Shown: piece after piece, positions 1 to 9,590 of the stretch
Layout: each line of letters opens with the position of its first letter
Numbering within the stretch: position 1 is the first letter of the stretch
Assembly: GCA_050011875.1 (NCBI GenBank)
Contig: JBEKIG010000004.1
Coordinates: 160,001-224,000 of the forward strand
Length of the DNA stretch: 64,000 nucleotides
DNA from: Nitrososphaeria archaeon
Lineage (GTDB): Archaea > Thermoproteota > Nitrososphaeria > JACIWG01
Reading direction: 5' to 3'
Made by a program: the position numbers and the translations under genes
Notes under the pieces: generated by a model
Databases searched by the model: none
What the model saw: only the letters and a program-made list of their open reading frames with translations
Told to the model about the DNA's origin: nothing

Positions 1-912
1 GAACTGGAATATGAAGTTTGCGTCGGTTAAAAGGGCGGATGTCAGTATTATTGGAATGTTAGACACGTAAAGGAATTTAATTGGATAGACACCACCGAAT
101 CCTCTGTATTTCGCAGAAGTGATAGGTATCTCAACCCTCAACCCTTCCACGTAGACGACGATAAGTATTATAAGCATGGTGACGAGGACGGTCAGAATAG
201 ATGGATATCCTGAGCTCCTATAAAAGAGTCGGGCTAAGCTCGATGTTGAAGCCTGCTCAATCAAGTATGGAATAAGACCGTAGGCTGAGGTAACATTTAC
301 TCCCTTTACTACTTCCGTTACCGGAAGAGGACTCAATATTCCCCATATAATCGATACCGCTGCACCGGCGAAAATGAAGAGACTTATACCACTACCTACA
401 CCCCAACCTTTCTGAACCAGTTCGTCCATCAACATGACGATAACGGTCGCAATGAAAAGCTGAAACATTATGATGATGATTATCTGAGGTGTAAGCGATG
501 CGCCAAAGACGCCACCTAGTATGAACGCAGAAACCTCCATCAAAGCCACCAGAATCGTCGCGAACTTTGTGGAAGCCGTAAAGGTAGCTCTATCTTCACT
601 CTTGGTGAGATCCAGTTTAATTATATCCGCACCCTGCAGAAGCTGAACGATCAAACCCGCTGTAACTATTGGACCTATTCCAAGCTCCATCAAAGTGCCT
701 TGGGCGGAAGCAAAGATTATTCTAGAATATGTCAGAATATCACTTCCCCCTTGGCTAACACCGTACAATGGTATTGAAACCATAACGAAGTATACGACAA
801 GTACGGCTGCTGTCCACAAAAGGCGTTCATTGAGAGAAAGCTTTTTTATAGGCTTAGGAACTTCAGGCATTATCGTAGCGAAGCTTGTGATGAAGTCGGA
901 GAAAGCTCCCAA
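1..912 (-). CDS. secY: Preprotein translocase SecY/Sec61alpha (3' end runs off window; not in ORF track)
   Basis: Manual translation from TTG at 912: LGAFSDFITSFATIMPEVPKPIKKLSLNERLLWT...GTLMELGIGPIVTAG...DELVQKGWGVGSGISLFI; immediately downstream of L15. Confidence 0.96.
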   Translation of the reverse strand, partial: MGAFSDFITSFATIMPEVPKPIKKLSLNERLLWTAAVLVVYFVMVSIPLYGVSQGGSDILTYSRIIFASAQGTLMELGIGPIVTAGLIVQLLQGADIIKLDLTKSEDRATFTASTKFATILVALMEVSAFILGGVFGASLTPQIIIIIMFQLFIATVIVMLMDELVQKGWGVGSGISLFIFAGAAVSIIWGILSPLPVTEVVKGVNVTSAYGLIPYLIEQASTSSLARLFYRSSGYPSILTVLVTMLIILIVVYVEGLRVEIPITSAKYRGFGGVYPIKFLYVSNIPIILTSALLTDANFIFQF

Positions 913-914
913 GC

Positions 915-1352
915 TCAGTTCGACCTTTTAATCAGTCCACCGGCACCAACTATCTTTTCTTTTGCGCTTTCAGTAAAACTGTCAACAACGACCAAATAGA
1001 CACCCCTAAGGGAACCTCCGCCAAGAAGCTTGTCGATTTCTAGGGCCGAAAGATCTAGTACGGGTTTACCCTCTGAGTTTTCAACTTTACCCTGGCTTGA
1101 CAGCCTCTGGTAAAGCTTGTCCAGTGAGCCGACGTTAATCCAGAACCTTGGCTTCGAGCTTTGTGGAGGATGCATGTCATCCTTTCCGAAATGATTTGGA
1201 TCGTACTTCACTGTCCAGCTCCACCTATGTTTGTGGAGCCCTGCATTTCCTACGCCACCCCTCTGTCCTGAAGCTCTGTGTTGACCTACCTGGCCCCAGC
1301 CGTGCGTTCTGGAACCGCGGAGCTTCCTAACTTTTCTAAACCTTGTGGGCAT
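915..1352 (-). CDS. rpl15: 50S ribosomal protein uL15
   Basis: RKLRGSRTHGWG...GGVGNAGLHKH motif; operon position. Confidence 0.97.
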   Translation of the reverse strand: MPTRFRKVRKLRGSRTHGWGQVGQHRASGQRGGVGNAGLHKHRWSWTVKYDPNHFGKDDMHPPQSSKPRFWINVGSLDKLYQRLSSQGKVENSEGKPVLDLSALEIDKLLGGGSLRGVYLVVVDSFTESAKEKIVGAGGLIKRSN

Positions 1353-1371
1353 CTGATTATCACCTTTAGCT

Positions 1372-1863
1372 TTATTTCTTATTCAATCTGATCTCCAAGA
1401 TTCCGTTGTTATACACCATTTGCATGGCTTTCGTGTCTGCTGTTGCCGGAAGCGCTATAATCTTTTCATACTTTATATCCTTAGTATTGACAGATAAGCG
1501 AATCTCGCTTCCCTTGACACCTAGGTGAATGTCCTCCTTCTTGACACTGGGCACTTCTGCTATGATGACTACCTCCTTACCTCTGTCCATAACTTCGACT
1601 AAGGGCTCTCTGACCTCGGAGATGACTCTGCCCCGCCGTGTTCTGCGGATATTCCCAAATTCTCTTACCTCTGGTTTACCGTCAGGACCCACTGTGACAG
1701 AAAAACCGTATATGTAGGGCGTCTGCTTCCTGTTGCCTCCCTGCTCAGGTTCAACTTCAGCCGTATCAAAATGCTTAAACATTTCATCAACTAGCTCATC
1801 AAATTTATCGTCAAATTCATCGAATACGTCAAACCACTTCTTCCTTCTTTTATCCCAGCTCAA
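1372..1863 (-). CDS. hsp20: Archaeal small heat shock protein (Hsp20/alpha-crystallin)
   Basis: PYIYGFSVTVGPDGKPEVREFGN, REPLVEV, YNNGILEIRL motifs typical of archaeal Hsp20. Confidence 0.93.
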   Translation of the reverse strand: MSWDKRRKKWFDVFDEFDDKFDELVDEMFKHFDTAEVEPEQGGNRKQTPYIYGFSVTVGPDGKPEVREFGNIRRTRRGRVISEVREPLVEVMDRGKEVVIIAEVPSVKKEDIHLGVKGSEIRLSVNTKDIKYEKIIALPATADTKAMQMVYNNGILEIRLNKK

Positions 1864-1936
1864 ATCCCTTTACCTCCAAACACCTGCACCATCATGCTAT
1901 TATTATTATATTTTTCAGAAGCCCTTATTAACCTAA

Positions 1937-2410
1937 CTAAACCATTCTAGAAACCAAATACAGTATTCCTTCATTTTCGGCTAATACGCCACCAACCTTG
2001 TACGGCTTCTTTGTTGACCTCTTGAATCCTCCCCTAGGCGGGGCTAGATTAAAGTAATGCTTGACCGTATTAAGTTTATTTAATTGAACAGATCCCTCAA
2101 CAATCCCGTTAACCATTTCGTCGAGGTTCTTGAAGCCTTCTGTCTTTGCCGTGGAATCGTCAACCGATTTACCGTAAATCGTTCTCCCTCTTTTTGTGAT
2201 AAGCGTTTTTGCTGTACTAAAGTTCAATTCGCCCCAAGACAGATGGTCTTTTGCGAGATTTAGCATACCTAGATAGTAATCGTTTTTTGGAACAATCGTA
2301 GCACTGTACCTTCTACGAAGCTTCAATAGTTCAAATGTCTTTCTAATATCATAACGGATATTTACGGTTCCGCTGATTCTAATTACAATTAGCTGCGGCA
2401 TCTTGATCAA
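1937..2410 (-). CDS. rpl30: 50S ribosomal protein uL30 (L30P/L7e-type)
   Basis: VIRISGTVN...LAPPRGGFKRSTKK; operon position. Confidence 0.95.
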   Translation of the reverse strand: MIKMPQLIVIRISGTVNIRYDIRKTFELLKLRRRYSATIVPKNDYYLGMLNLAKDHLSWGELNFSTAKTLITKRGRTIYGKSVDDSTAKTEGFKNLDEMVNGIVEGSVQLNKLNTVKHYFNLAPPRGGFKRSTKKPYKVGGVLAENEGILYLVSRMV

Positions 2411-3084
2411 TCCCTGATGTGTGATAGAAGATGAAGACTCCTTAGCGCGTCATAGATGGCATATGCGACAGAAGGATAGGTGTTAGTGGCACCGTAGGTT
2501 CTTGTCCAAGCATCCTTTAACCCCGCAAGGGACAAAAGTTTTTTGACGTTCTCACCAGCTACCAATCCTAAGCCTCTCGGGCCTGGAATAATGTCAACGC
2601 GGACGCTTCCACATTTGCCGGTGACCTTGAAAGGAATAGAATGCTGCTGATTGCATTTGCACTCCCAACTGCCGCATCCGAGCTCAACAGGCACAATCTG
2701 CATGAGAGCATCACTTGTTGCCTTGTTTATAGCAGTACGCATCGTCTTAGCCTTACCGGAACCTACACCTAACCATCCATTACCATTGCCCACAGCTAGT
2801 ATAACCCTGAATTTAGTAACTTCTCCTGCGTCGGTCTGCTTCTGTACAACTGTAACGCCGATTACCTCTGTGGTGACATCACCAAGTAAAGTCCTAACTA
2901 TTTCAGGCTCCTTTATCTTGTAACCTAATTCAAAGGTTTCGTGAATGTCGGTGATCTTGCCTTCCGCAACAAGCTTGCCGAGTTTGGTCTTAGGAACCCA
3001 CGACTTCAGAGCTTCTCTGGCGATTTCTTGATCACTCATTCTGCCTCCACTCATTCTGCCTCTACTCATTCTACCTCTACTCAT
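2407..3084 (-). CDS. rps5: 30S ribosomal protein uS5
   Basis: WVPKTKLGKLV, VQKQTDAGE, GCGSWEC, PGPRGLGLVAG. Confidence 0.97.
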   Translation of the reverse strand: MSRGRMSRGRMSGGRMSDQEIAREALKSWVPKTKLGKLVAEGKITDIHETFELGYKIKEPEIVRTLLGDVTTEVIGVTVVQKQTDAGEVTKFRVILAVGNGNGWLGVGSGKAKTMRTAINKATSDALMQIVPVELGCGSWECKCNQQHSIPFKVTGKCGSVRVDIIPGPRGLGLVAGENVKKLLSLAGLKDAWTRTYGATNTYPSVAYAIYDALRSLHLLSHIRD

Positions 3085-3089
3085 TCTAC
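3034..3089. repeat. 15-bp tandem repeat (~3.7 copies) ACTCATTCTRCCTCY spanning the rpl18 stop / rps5 start
   Basis: Units start at 3034, 3049, 3064, 3079; encodes MSRGR-MSRGR-MSGGR-MS. Confidence 0.95.
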
Positions 3090-3677
3090 AACACCTTTTT
3101 TCTCAATAATCGTTTTCTTGACCTTTTCAACTATATTGGACAATTCTTCTATATCCAATCCCTCCCGGATATAGTTCGAGAACCTCTTGTTGTAGAGGTC
3201 AGAGTCGGAAGACTTCAAGTTCTTAGCGTATTCGATGATGTGTCCTCCCTTTATCTTGTGATCGTCTGGAAAAGTTTTTGCATTAGCCTCGATCTTTAAG
3301 CCACTGTCAACAATTCCTTTGATGGCAGCAGCCGCTCTAGAACCTGAAACATAAGGCTCTACACCCATGTAGACGATAACCCTAGAATTAGTTTTGTCCT
3401 TAGCTCTTAATCCAAGTATTAATCCACAAAGGTAGCTTGCGGGAATGCTCTTGCGAGAAAAAGGCCAGTCGAACTTCTGAAGTTGCCTAGAATGCACAGA
3501 TTCGACAACGGTATCACCTTTGGTACTGGCTTTGATCACCTGCAGAAGTATGTTCTTGTTCGACACTCTAATTGATACGAAAGGCAGGCGACTGACTACA
3601 ATCTTCTTCCTAAGATGATAGTCGGTCTTTCCTTCTCTTCTTCTCCTAAATATTTCAATATATCTTACCTTCTTCAA
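3081..3677 (-). CDS. rpl18: 50S ribosomal protein uL18
   Basis: RRRREGKTDYHLR motif. Confidence 0.96.
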   Translation of the reverse strand: MKKVRYIEIFRRRREGKTDYHLRKKIVVSRLPFVSIRVSNKNILLQVIKASTKGDTVVESVHSRQLQKFDWPFSRKSIPASYLCGLILGLRAKDKTNSRVIVYMGVEPYVSGSRAAAAIKGIVDSGLKIEANAKTFPDDHKIKGGHIIEYAKNLKSSDSDLYNKRFSNYIREGLDIEELSNIVEKVKKTIIEKKGVVE

Positions 3678-3679
3678 TT

Positions 3680-4105
3680 CTATACACCCTTTCTACCCAT
3701 TTCTCTTGCAATTTTATCGAGTCTTTTAACAGTCTTTATCTGGCCACCTTTGATCCATAGATAAAGCTTCTTGTAATTCTCCTTGCTTATGATACCATGC
3801 TTCAGTAAATAGCTCAGATGCTTTCTAAGGGCTCTGACCTTCTTTACCCAGACCTGTTTCTTTCCCTGTCTAGCGCCCTTTGCACCCTTCCTAGATCCGG
3901 CACCTCTCTTACCATTCTTAACACGGGAGCGCGACACCCCCCTTCTTTGCTTAACAATTACCGCCTTCGAATCGATCAGCGATCGGATCTCCGCCCTTGT
4001 AATAGCATCCTGTATACGGTCTCTAGCTTCAGGCATGAGCTTTATTCTTGAAGCTCCTACGCCCAAAGTTCTCGCAATAAGTTCCTTTTTACTTTTGAGA
4101 TTCAA
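3680..4105 (-). CDS. rpl19e: 50S ribosomal protein eL19
   Basis: DAITRAEIRSLI...GAGSRKGAKGAR. Confidence 0.96.
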   Translation of the reverse strand: MNLKSKKELIARTLGVGASRIKLMPEARDRIQDAITRAEIRSLIDSKAVIVKQRRGVSRSRVKNGKRGAGSRKGAKGARQGKKQVWVKKVRALRKHLSYLLKHGIISKENYKKLYLWIKGGQIKTVKRLDKIAREMGRKGV

Positions 4106-4499
4106 CCTTCTTCAACCTCCTCGGGTTAAGTATATGTACACCAAGTTCCTTAGCCTTCCTGACTATTTCAATTCTTTTCTTCCTACCTACTGTTGCAGCT
4201 ATCCTTGCTGCTTCAAGCTTTGGATTAAGCCTTGACAGCTCTTCGACATTATGTACCAGAATATCCCTAAAGCCAGACGGATGCAGCCCTCTAAGCTCTT
4301 TGGGAGAACCATAGCCTACCTTGACCCTCGCGGGCCAACCACTAAACTCCTTTCTGACCTTATTGTCCAAGCCTTTGGGCTTCCGCCAGTTAGGCTTTAG
4401 CCTGACATACCTCCAAGATTCTGGTCTCAGAAACCTCGGCTTCTTTCTAACGTGAACCTTCTTTCCAACCTCAACTTCGCTCATAGATGTATACACCAT
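4089..4499 (-). CDS. rpl32e: 50S ribosomal protein eL32 (true start probably a few codons downstream)
   Basis: KPRFLRPESWRY...WRKPKGLDNK...GLHPSG. Confidence 0.96.
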   Translation of the reverse strand: MVYTSMSEVEVGKKVHVRKKPRFLRPESWRYVRLKPNWRKPKGLDNKVRKEFSGWPARVKVGYGSPKELRGLHPSGFRDILVHNVEELSRLNPKLEAARIAATVGRKKRIEIVRKAKELGVHILNPRRLKKVESQK

Positions 4500-5001
4500 C
4501 CAAAAAAACTCTTTGATCTTTCCTTTTAACAGTCGTTGCAGCTTCGATGTTCGCAGCAGTCTGACCTACATCATCTTTCGAAAGCCCCTGAACCACGACG
4601 TCGTCGCCTTCAACAGAAACCTTACATGGGCCAACAATTTTAGCGATTCTTGGGGCTTTTTCCCCGTAGAAATTTTCTATCAGAACATCGCTTCCCTTAA
4701 CCTTCACGGAGATAGGAAAGTGCGCTGATACAACTTTAAGACGATACTTATATCCTCCTGTCACTCCTTTGAACATGTTCCTTAGATGGGAGGAGGCAGT
4801 TCCAAGCACTGCAAGATCGCTTCTCTTATCACTATAGGACTTTATTTTGATCTTCCCCTCAGACATTCCAATATAGACCCTTACCTTTGAAAAGTCTTTC
4901 TTGATCGAACCAAGAGGACCACTTACCGTAAGTATGCTTCCTTCTAGCATAGCGGAAATCTTCTCAGGAATTGGTATTGAAACTTCGGACAAAACAGACA
5001 C
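4471..5001 (-). CDS. rpl6: 50S ribosomal protein uL6
   Basis: AHFPISV...NFYGEK...KDQRVFLDGVYI. Confidence 0.97.
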   Translation of the reverse strand: MSVLSEVSIPIPEKISAMLEGSILTVSGPLGSIKKDFSKVRVYIGMSEGKIKIKSYSDKRSDLAVLGTASSHLRNMFKGVTGGYKYRLKVVSAHFPISVKVKGSDVLIENFYGEKAPRIAKIVGPCKVSVEGDDVVVQGLSKDDVGQTAANIEAATTVKRKDQRVFLDGVYIYERS

Positions 5002-5004
5002 CCT

Positions 5005-5406
5005 CTAGTAAATGTACCCCAGAAGCTTTCCTCCTAAACCCTGCTTTCTAGCTTCTATCTGAGATGTTACGCCCTGAGGTGTGGTAACGATTAACATTCC
5101 ATAGTTGAACGATGGAAGATACTTTCTTTCCCAGACATCGTATTCGGTTTTTTGAATACTGTACCTAGGGGTGATAGAACCGCACTTTACGATCTTACCC
5201 AGCAGCTGTACTCTGAACTTTCCTCCACGCCCATCGTCTATGTGTTCGAATTCGCCGATGTACCCGTACTTTTGAAGAATTCGAAGGACTTCCCTTGCAA
5301 GGTTAGATGTTGGTGAGATAATGCATTCCTTCTTCCTTCTAAGTTCGTTGTTGTATATTGTGCTAAAAAGGTTTGGAATTACATTCTTGGCAGGCATCTT
5401 TTTCAC
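5005..5406 (-). CDS. rps8: 30S ribosomal protein uS8
   Basis: GYIGEFEHIDDGRGG...GGKLLGYIY. Confidence 0.97.
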   Translation of the reverse strand: MKKMPAKNVIPNLFSTIYNNELRRKKECIISPTSNLAREVLRILQKYGYIGEFEHIDDGRGGKFRVQLLGKIVKCGSITPRYSIQKTEYDVWERKYLPSFNYGMLIVTTPQGVTSQIEARKQGLGGKLLGYIY

Positions 5407-5589
5407 CTATTCATATTTTCTAAAGCCGAGTTTTTCAGCTATTTCACTGAAACACTGCCTGCAATAGTTTAAGTCATACATCTGTATGATGGGACCATAG
5501 GCGCCACATCTCCTACATATTCTTGAACCCTTTCCAAACTTTCTTGGCTTACCATGACGTACCTTCACCAAATCAAGCCACCTCAACAT
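5407..5589 (-). CDS. rps14: 30S ribosomal protein uS14 (Zn-binding; start probably ~5571)
   Basis: [11 protein letters not shown]...YCRQCF...LGFRKY. Confidence 0.96.
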   Translation of the reverse strand: MLRWLDLVKVRHGKPRKFGKGSRICRRCGAYGPIIQMYDLNYCRQCFSEIAEKLGFRKYE

Positions 5590-6097
5590 TAAAAGTATCC
5601 GTCATAAACTTAATCATTTCATCTCTAGTCACCTTCTGCTTCTTACCGACCTTTGAAGGACACAGCCTGCGTCTGGCAACCCTATAGCCAGGTCGCTCAA
5701 GCTTAACGTTAACGTCAAGCCCGAAAATACCGGTTTCAGGGTCATACTTTATACCTGGAATCTCGAGGTGTTCCTTGATTCCAAAAGAAACGTTTCCTTC
5801 ATCGTCAAAAGAAGAAGTTGGAAGTTTGAGAGCTCTGACTATTAGAAGCCTTTTTAAAAGTTGCACAGCTCCATCGCGCATAACGGTCACCTTTACACCG
5901 ATTGGCTCCCCTTTATGAACACCCCAGTCTCTGACACTTTTCCTAGCCTTTGTCTGAATAGGCTCTCTTCCCGTGATCTGCCTTAAAACTTCCTGCGCCT
6001 TTTCAACGATTTCTCCAGACTTCCCGACACCGATATTTAGCACAACCTTTTGAACGCGGATCTTTCGCATAGGATTATCTGCCTTCTGAGCGCTCAC
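5573..6097 (-). CDS. rpl5: 50S ribosomal protein uL5
   Basis: [18 protein letters not shown]...FGIKEH...YDPETGIFG. Confidence 0.97.
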   Translation of the reverse strand: MSAQKADNPMRKIRVQKVVLNIGVGKSGEIVEKAQEVLRQITGREPIQTKARKSVRDWGVHKGEPIGVKVTVMRDGAVQLLKRLLIVRALKLPTSSFDDEGNVSFGIKEHLEIPGIKYDPETGIFGLDVNVKLERPGYRVARRRLCPSKVGKKQKVTRDEMIKFMTDTFNVEVA

Positions 6098-6100
6098 TTA

Positions 6101-6829
6101 CTATTCACCACCCAACGATATAAGAGGTTTCTCTGCACCCACAGCTAAAAGAATACGTACGGGAACTTTTACTGCTGAACCTTCGACATCGACCAAAGCA
6201 GACTTTTGGAAAGTTAGACCACCGGGTAGTATCTTGTTTACGACGCCTAGTTTACCTGATGCTTTGCCTTTCAAGAAGATCACTAAGGAACCCTTATCCA
6301 TCTTAACGTTTGAAACAATTTTATTGTCCGGAATACTTATTAGCAGACTGTCGTCGACGTTCACACCTGTATCTTCCTTAGAAAGGATTGTGCGACCGTC
6401 ATGGAGCCCATAGGAGAAAATGTTTCCACGAACTTTCATCTTAGATTTAACCCTACAGAGCTTCATCTTAGCTGATTCCGAGTCTATGACTACAGGAAAG
6501 AGTATTGAACCTTTCGCGGGAAGAAGGCGAAAAATTTTGCCCATTGATGGAATATTTACGACATCCATTAAACCTACAGGAAACTTTGCATCCCTTCTTA
6601 CAACACCATCGACAATAATTTTGTTTGAATCAATCACGGATCGAGCGCCTCTCATCGTCTTTACGACCTTAATGACATCCCTTAGGAAGGTTGCCAAAGA
6701 GTAGCTAGCGTTGATTGGATGAGGACCTGGAGACTGCTTCAATGCAAATTGGCCTTCTTTACGCGGTATTTTCCAGAAGTTCGGCGCTGCACTTCTCTTC
6801 ATGTGCCTTGAAGAACCCATGCTGCCCAT
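6101..6829 (-). CDS. rps4e: 30S ribosomal protein eS4
   Basis: HMKRSAAPNFWKIPRK...SPGPH...FPVGLMDV. Confidence 0.97.
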   Translation of the reverse strand: MGSMGSSRHMKRSAAPNFWKIPRKEGQFALKQSPGPHPINASYSLATFLRDVIKVVKTMRGARSVIDSNKIIVDGVVRRDAKFPVGLMDVVNIPSMGKIFRLLPAKGSILFPVVIDSESAKMKLCRVKSKMKVRGNIFSYGLHDGRTILSKEDTGVNVDDSLLISIPDNKIVSNVKMDKGSLVIFLKGKASGKLGVVNKILPGGLTFQKSALVDVEGSAVKVPVRILLAVGAEKPLISLGGE

Positions 6830-6831
6830 TA

Positions 6832-7215
6832 CTAGGCACCTCTTGACTTGGGCGTCTTCGACTCAAAACGCGTTTTTCTAAGCTTATCATCTAAGTTTAG
6901 CGAAGTTATCATAACCTTTGAGGCTGTAATCTTCACAGGAGTCTGCTCTCCTTTTACCCTTTCCCTGTAAACTCCTTCAACAGAAATCGTGCCGTTTTCT
7001 ACATGAACACCGGTCACTTTTCCTTCGACTCCGGCATACTCGCCTCTGACAATTTTGACACTATCTCCCTTCTTGATGCGAGCGGTTTTAAAGGCATATT
7101 TTGTGCGCAAGTCGTCTGACAACCGGGCATTAATAATTTTACCTAACTTATGCAGCGGTGCGTTGAACATCCTACTTCTAACCTTCGATGGTTTATCAGA
7201 GGACATGCCAATCAC
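6832..7215 (-). CDS. rpl24: 50S ribosomal protein uL24
   Basis: KPSKVR...NAPLH...KOW motif KKGDSVKIVRG. Confidence 0.96.
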   Translation of the reverse strand: MIGMSSDKPSKVRSRMFNAPLHKLGKIINARLSDDLRTKYAFKTARIKKGDSVKIVRGEYAGVEGKVTGVHVENGTISVEGVYRERVKGEQTPVKITASKVMITSLNLDDKLRKTRFESKTPKSRGA

Positions 7216-7653
7216 CTACACGATTATAGACGAAAGGTTTGCGATGCGAGGCCATCTTTCAGCGGCCTCTGACGCGACAGGACCCTTTATTTCGGTGCCT
7301 TTAACATCACCCTCAGGAGTTATAATCACTGCTGCGTTATCTTCAAAAGATATTCTTGAACCAGAAATACGTCGTACAGGATACCTTTGCCTAACGACTA
7401 TCGCTGTAAAGACCTGTTTCTTGAGATCAGGAGGACCCTTCTTGACAACAACACTAATCTTATCGCCTACTGAAGCAGATGGAATACGTCTAAGCCTACC
7501 ATGGTACTGCAAGACCTGTACAACCCTCAAAGTCCTTGCACCCGTGTTGTCTGCACAGTTTATGACGGCTGTTACAGGTATACCTCTTGAAATGTAGGGC
7601 TTGAATTCTTCAGCGCCCTTTGCGGATACTGCTCTAGACTTACCGCTTGACAT
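7216..7653 (-). CDS. rpl14: 50S ribosomal protein uL14
   Basis: CADNTGAR...FEDNAAVI...IKGPVA. Confidence 0.98.
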   Translation of the reverse strand: MSSGKSRAVSAKGAEEFKPYISRGIPVTAVINCADNTGARTLRVVQVLQYHGRLRRIPSASVGDKISVVVKKGPPDLKKQVFTAIVVRQRYPVRRISGSRISFEDNAAVIITPEGDVKGTEIKGPVASEAAERWPRIANLSSIIV

Positions 7654-7654
7654 A

Positions 7655-7981
7655 TTATTTACTACCTCTGTTTTCTAGTACAACAAAAGACACGGTCTTA
7701 GAAAGAGGTCTGCACTCTCCAAGAGTAACGTTGTCGCCTACCTCAACAGTGATACACTGCGGAAGTTTCGCGTGAACCTTCTTTCTTAACCTATAGTATC
7801 TATTGAACTTGGTGGAGTACCTTGTAAGCTCCTTTTCGACAACCACAATATTCTTAGCCTCTACACTAGCCACTTTACCGGTCTGCAATATTCCCCTAAC
7901 AGGTAGACTTCCGTGGAAAGGGCACAGCGAATCACTGCACGTTCTTTCTGGAGGTTTTAGGGGGATACCAACATTCCTCAC
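7655..7981 (-). CDS. rps17: 30S ribosomal protein uS17
   Basis: CPFHGSLPVRG...GECRPLSKTVSFVV. Confidence 0.97.
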   Translation of the reverse strand: MRNVGIPLKPPERTCSDSLCPFHGSLPVRGILQTGKVASVEAKNIVVVEKELTRYSTKFNRYYRLRKKVHAKLPQCITVEVGDNVTLGECRPLSKTVSFVVLENRGSK

Positions 7982-7987
7982 AAAATT

Positions 7988-8257
7988 TCACCTTAACCTT
8001 AATAGTCTAACCTCAGGCCTCCCTAAGATGAGGGAGCCTGGAAGTTCTGTCAACTGACCTGAAGGCAGAGTAAATTCAAACGTGCAGGCTGCCTTAGGTG
8101 CGGCTAGATTCCTTCTTCCATTGTTAAAGTATATCATATTCTTCGTCTCCAGTACAACCTTCCCTTTTGAGCCAACTAAACTCTCAATCTTTGAGTTAAC
8201 TATTTTAACGTTCAAACAGATAAGCTCGTGATATCTCAGATTACTTGATGTAATCAT
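7988..8257 (-). CDS. rnp1: Ribonuclease P protein component 1 (Rpp29/Pop4)
   Basis: HELI...GKVVLETKNM...GRPEVRL; conserved position. Confidence 0.93.
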   Translation of the reverse strand: MITSSNLRYHELICLNVKIVNSKIESLVGSKGKVVLETKNMIYFNNGRRNLAAPKAACTFEFTLPSGQLTELPGSLILGRPEVRLLRLR

Positions 8258-8259
8258 GT

Positions 8260-8493
8260 TTACCTATTCGCCTCATTTGTTTTGCTAATCTTCCTGAGAC
8301 TTCTTGCAGTTTCCAGCCTCGCGATATTCCTTCTTATGCTCTTAATCATGCCAGTCTCCTTCTTAAGAGCACCTCTTGTTGACATACCCCTGAGCCTAGA
8401 GTATTCGTTACGGAGCTCAAGTAGCCTTTTTTCGAGCTCCTCTGCGGAGAGATTAAGTAACTCCTTCTCCTTCAGCTTTTTCAACAACTTCAC
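8260..8493 (-). CDS. rpl29: 50S ribosomal protein uL29
   Basis: LSAEELEKRLLELR...IRRNIARLET. Confidence 0.93.
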   Translation of the reverse strand: MKLLKKLKEKELLNLSAEELEKRLLELRNEYSRLRGMSTRGALKKETGMIKSIRRNIARLETARSLRKISKTNEANR

Positions 8494-9148
8494 CTTCTTT
8501 CACAGGCTCAGCGACCTGCTTTAATTGGAATTCAGGAGTCATTCTACTCTTCAAAGCGATTTTGACTTTAACACCGAAAAGACCGGCTTTAAGGAGAACG
8601 CTCGTTGTACCCTTTAGAACAGCGACCCTCGCGATCTCTCCACTCTTCGGGACTACTCCTGCAACAAACTTTTGGTAGTGTGCGCGTTCACTTCTTATTT
8701 TACCAGAAATTATTATTTCACAACCTAAGGCGCCGGCGTTCATTATCTGATTTAGCGCCCAGATTGCCGTCCTTCTAAAGGGTGTACCCTTCTGCATAGA
8801 TGCCGCGATCCTTTCACAAATCACTCTTGGGTTAGCTTCAGGGACTTCAATTTCAGCAACAGAAATCTGTATATTATTTAGATTGAACTTAGAAGTAAGC
8901 TTGTCTGAAATGTCTTTAATTCCTATACCTCTCCTACCGATGACAAGGCCAGGTCGAGTGACGTAAAGGGTCAACTTTACACCCAATGGGCCTTCAGAAA
9001 CTTGTACTCCACCGTATCCAGCGTCCTTCAATTCCTGCTCAAGGTATTCGTCTAACCCTACGTAAGTCAACTGTTTGACCAAAATCTTCTTAATCGGAGA
9101 ACGCTCTATCTGTTCAGACATAATCTTACGCCATCTCCCTTCCAACAA
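8453..9148 (-). CDS. rps3: 30S ribosomal protein uS3 (start probably 9121)
   Basis: AGYGG...RPGLVIGRRG...GALGCEIIISGKI. Confidence 0.97.
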   Translation of the reverse strand: MLEGRWRKIMSEQIERSPIKKILVKQLTYVGLDEYLEQELKDAGYGGVQVSEGPLGVKLTLYVTRPGLVIGRRGIGIKDISDKLTSKFNLNNIQISVAEIEVPEANPRVICERIAASMQKGTPFRRTAIWALNQIMNAGALGCEIIISGKIRSERAHYQKFVAGVVPKSGEIARVAVLKGTTSVLLKAGLFGVKVKIALKSRMTPEFQLKQVAEPVKEGEVVEKAEGEGVT

Positions 9149-9590
9149 GCTCTATATGAACTAGTACATGAAAATTGGGGGAGGAGCGTCCCATAGCCCT
9201 TGGGACGAAATCCTTTATCACTAAACCCCTATACGCGTTAGCATGAACAACAGCAACCTTGTCAACATTCATACCCTTAAATGAAGCATTATTTTCCAGA
9301 TTATCTAAAAGCTTTAGAAAAACTTCGGCTGCTTTAACAGGATAACGTCCTGCCACATAGCCCGGAGTAGAAGACTTGTGTGAGACCTGCTCATGGTAGC
9401 GTGCAAAAGATATAGCGACCTTCTTTTTAATAACATCCTCCAAAAGCTTCCTTGCTTTTGCAATATTCATCCCCTTTATCGTCTTACAGATCTCTCTTGC
9501 ATGCTTTGGTGAAATATTGACTTCACGAGCGCTAGCCCTAACGTATAAAAGTGGTTCTCCTACTTGGAAACTGTACCCAAACTTAGGCAA
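9126..9590 (-). CDS. rpl22: 50S ribosomal protein uL22
   Basis: ISPKHAREIC...GRYPVKAA...PRAMGR. Confidence 0.97.
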   Translation of the reverse strand: MPKFGYSFQVGEPLLYVRASAREVNISPKHAREICKTIKGMNIAKARKLLEDVIKKKVAISFARYHEQVSHKSSTPGYVAGRYPVKAAEVFLKLLDNLENNASFKGMNVDKVAVVHANAYRGLVIKDFVPRAMGRSSPNFHVLVHIELVGREMA

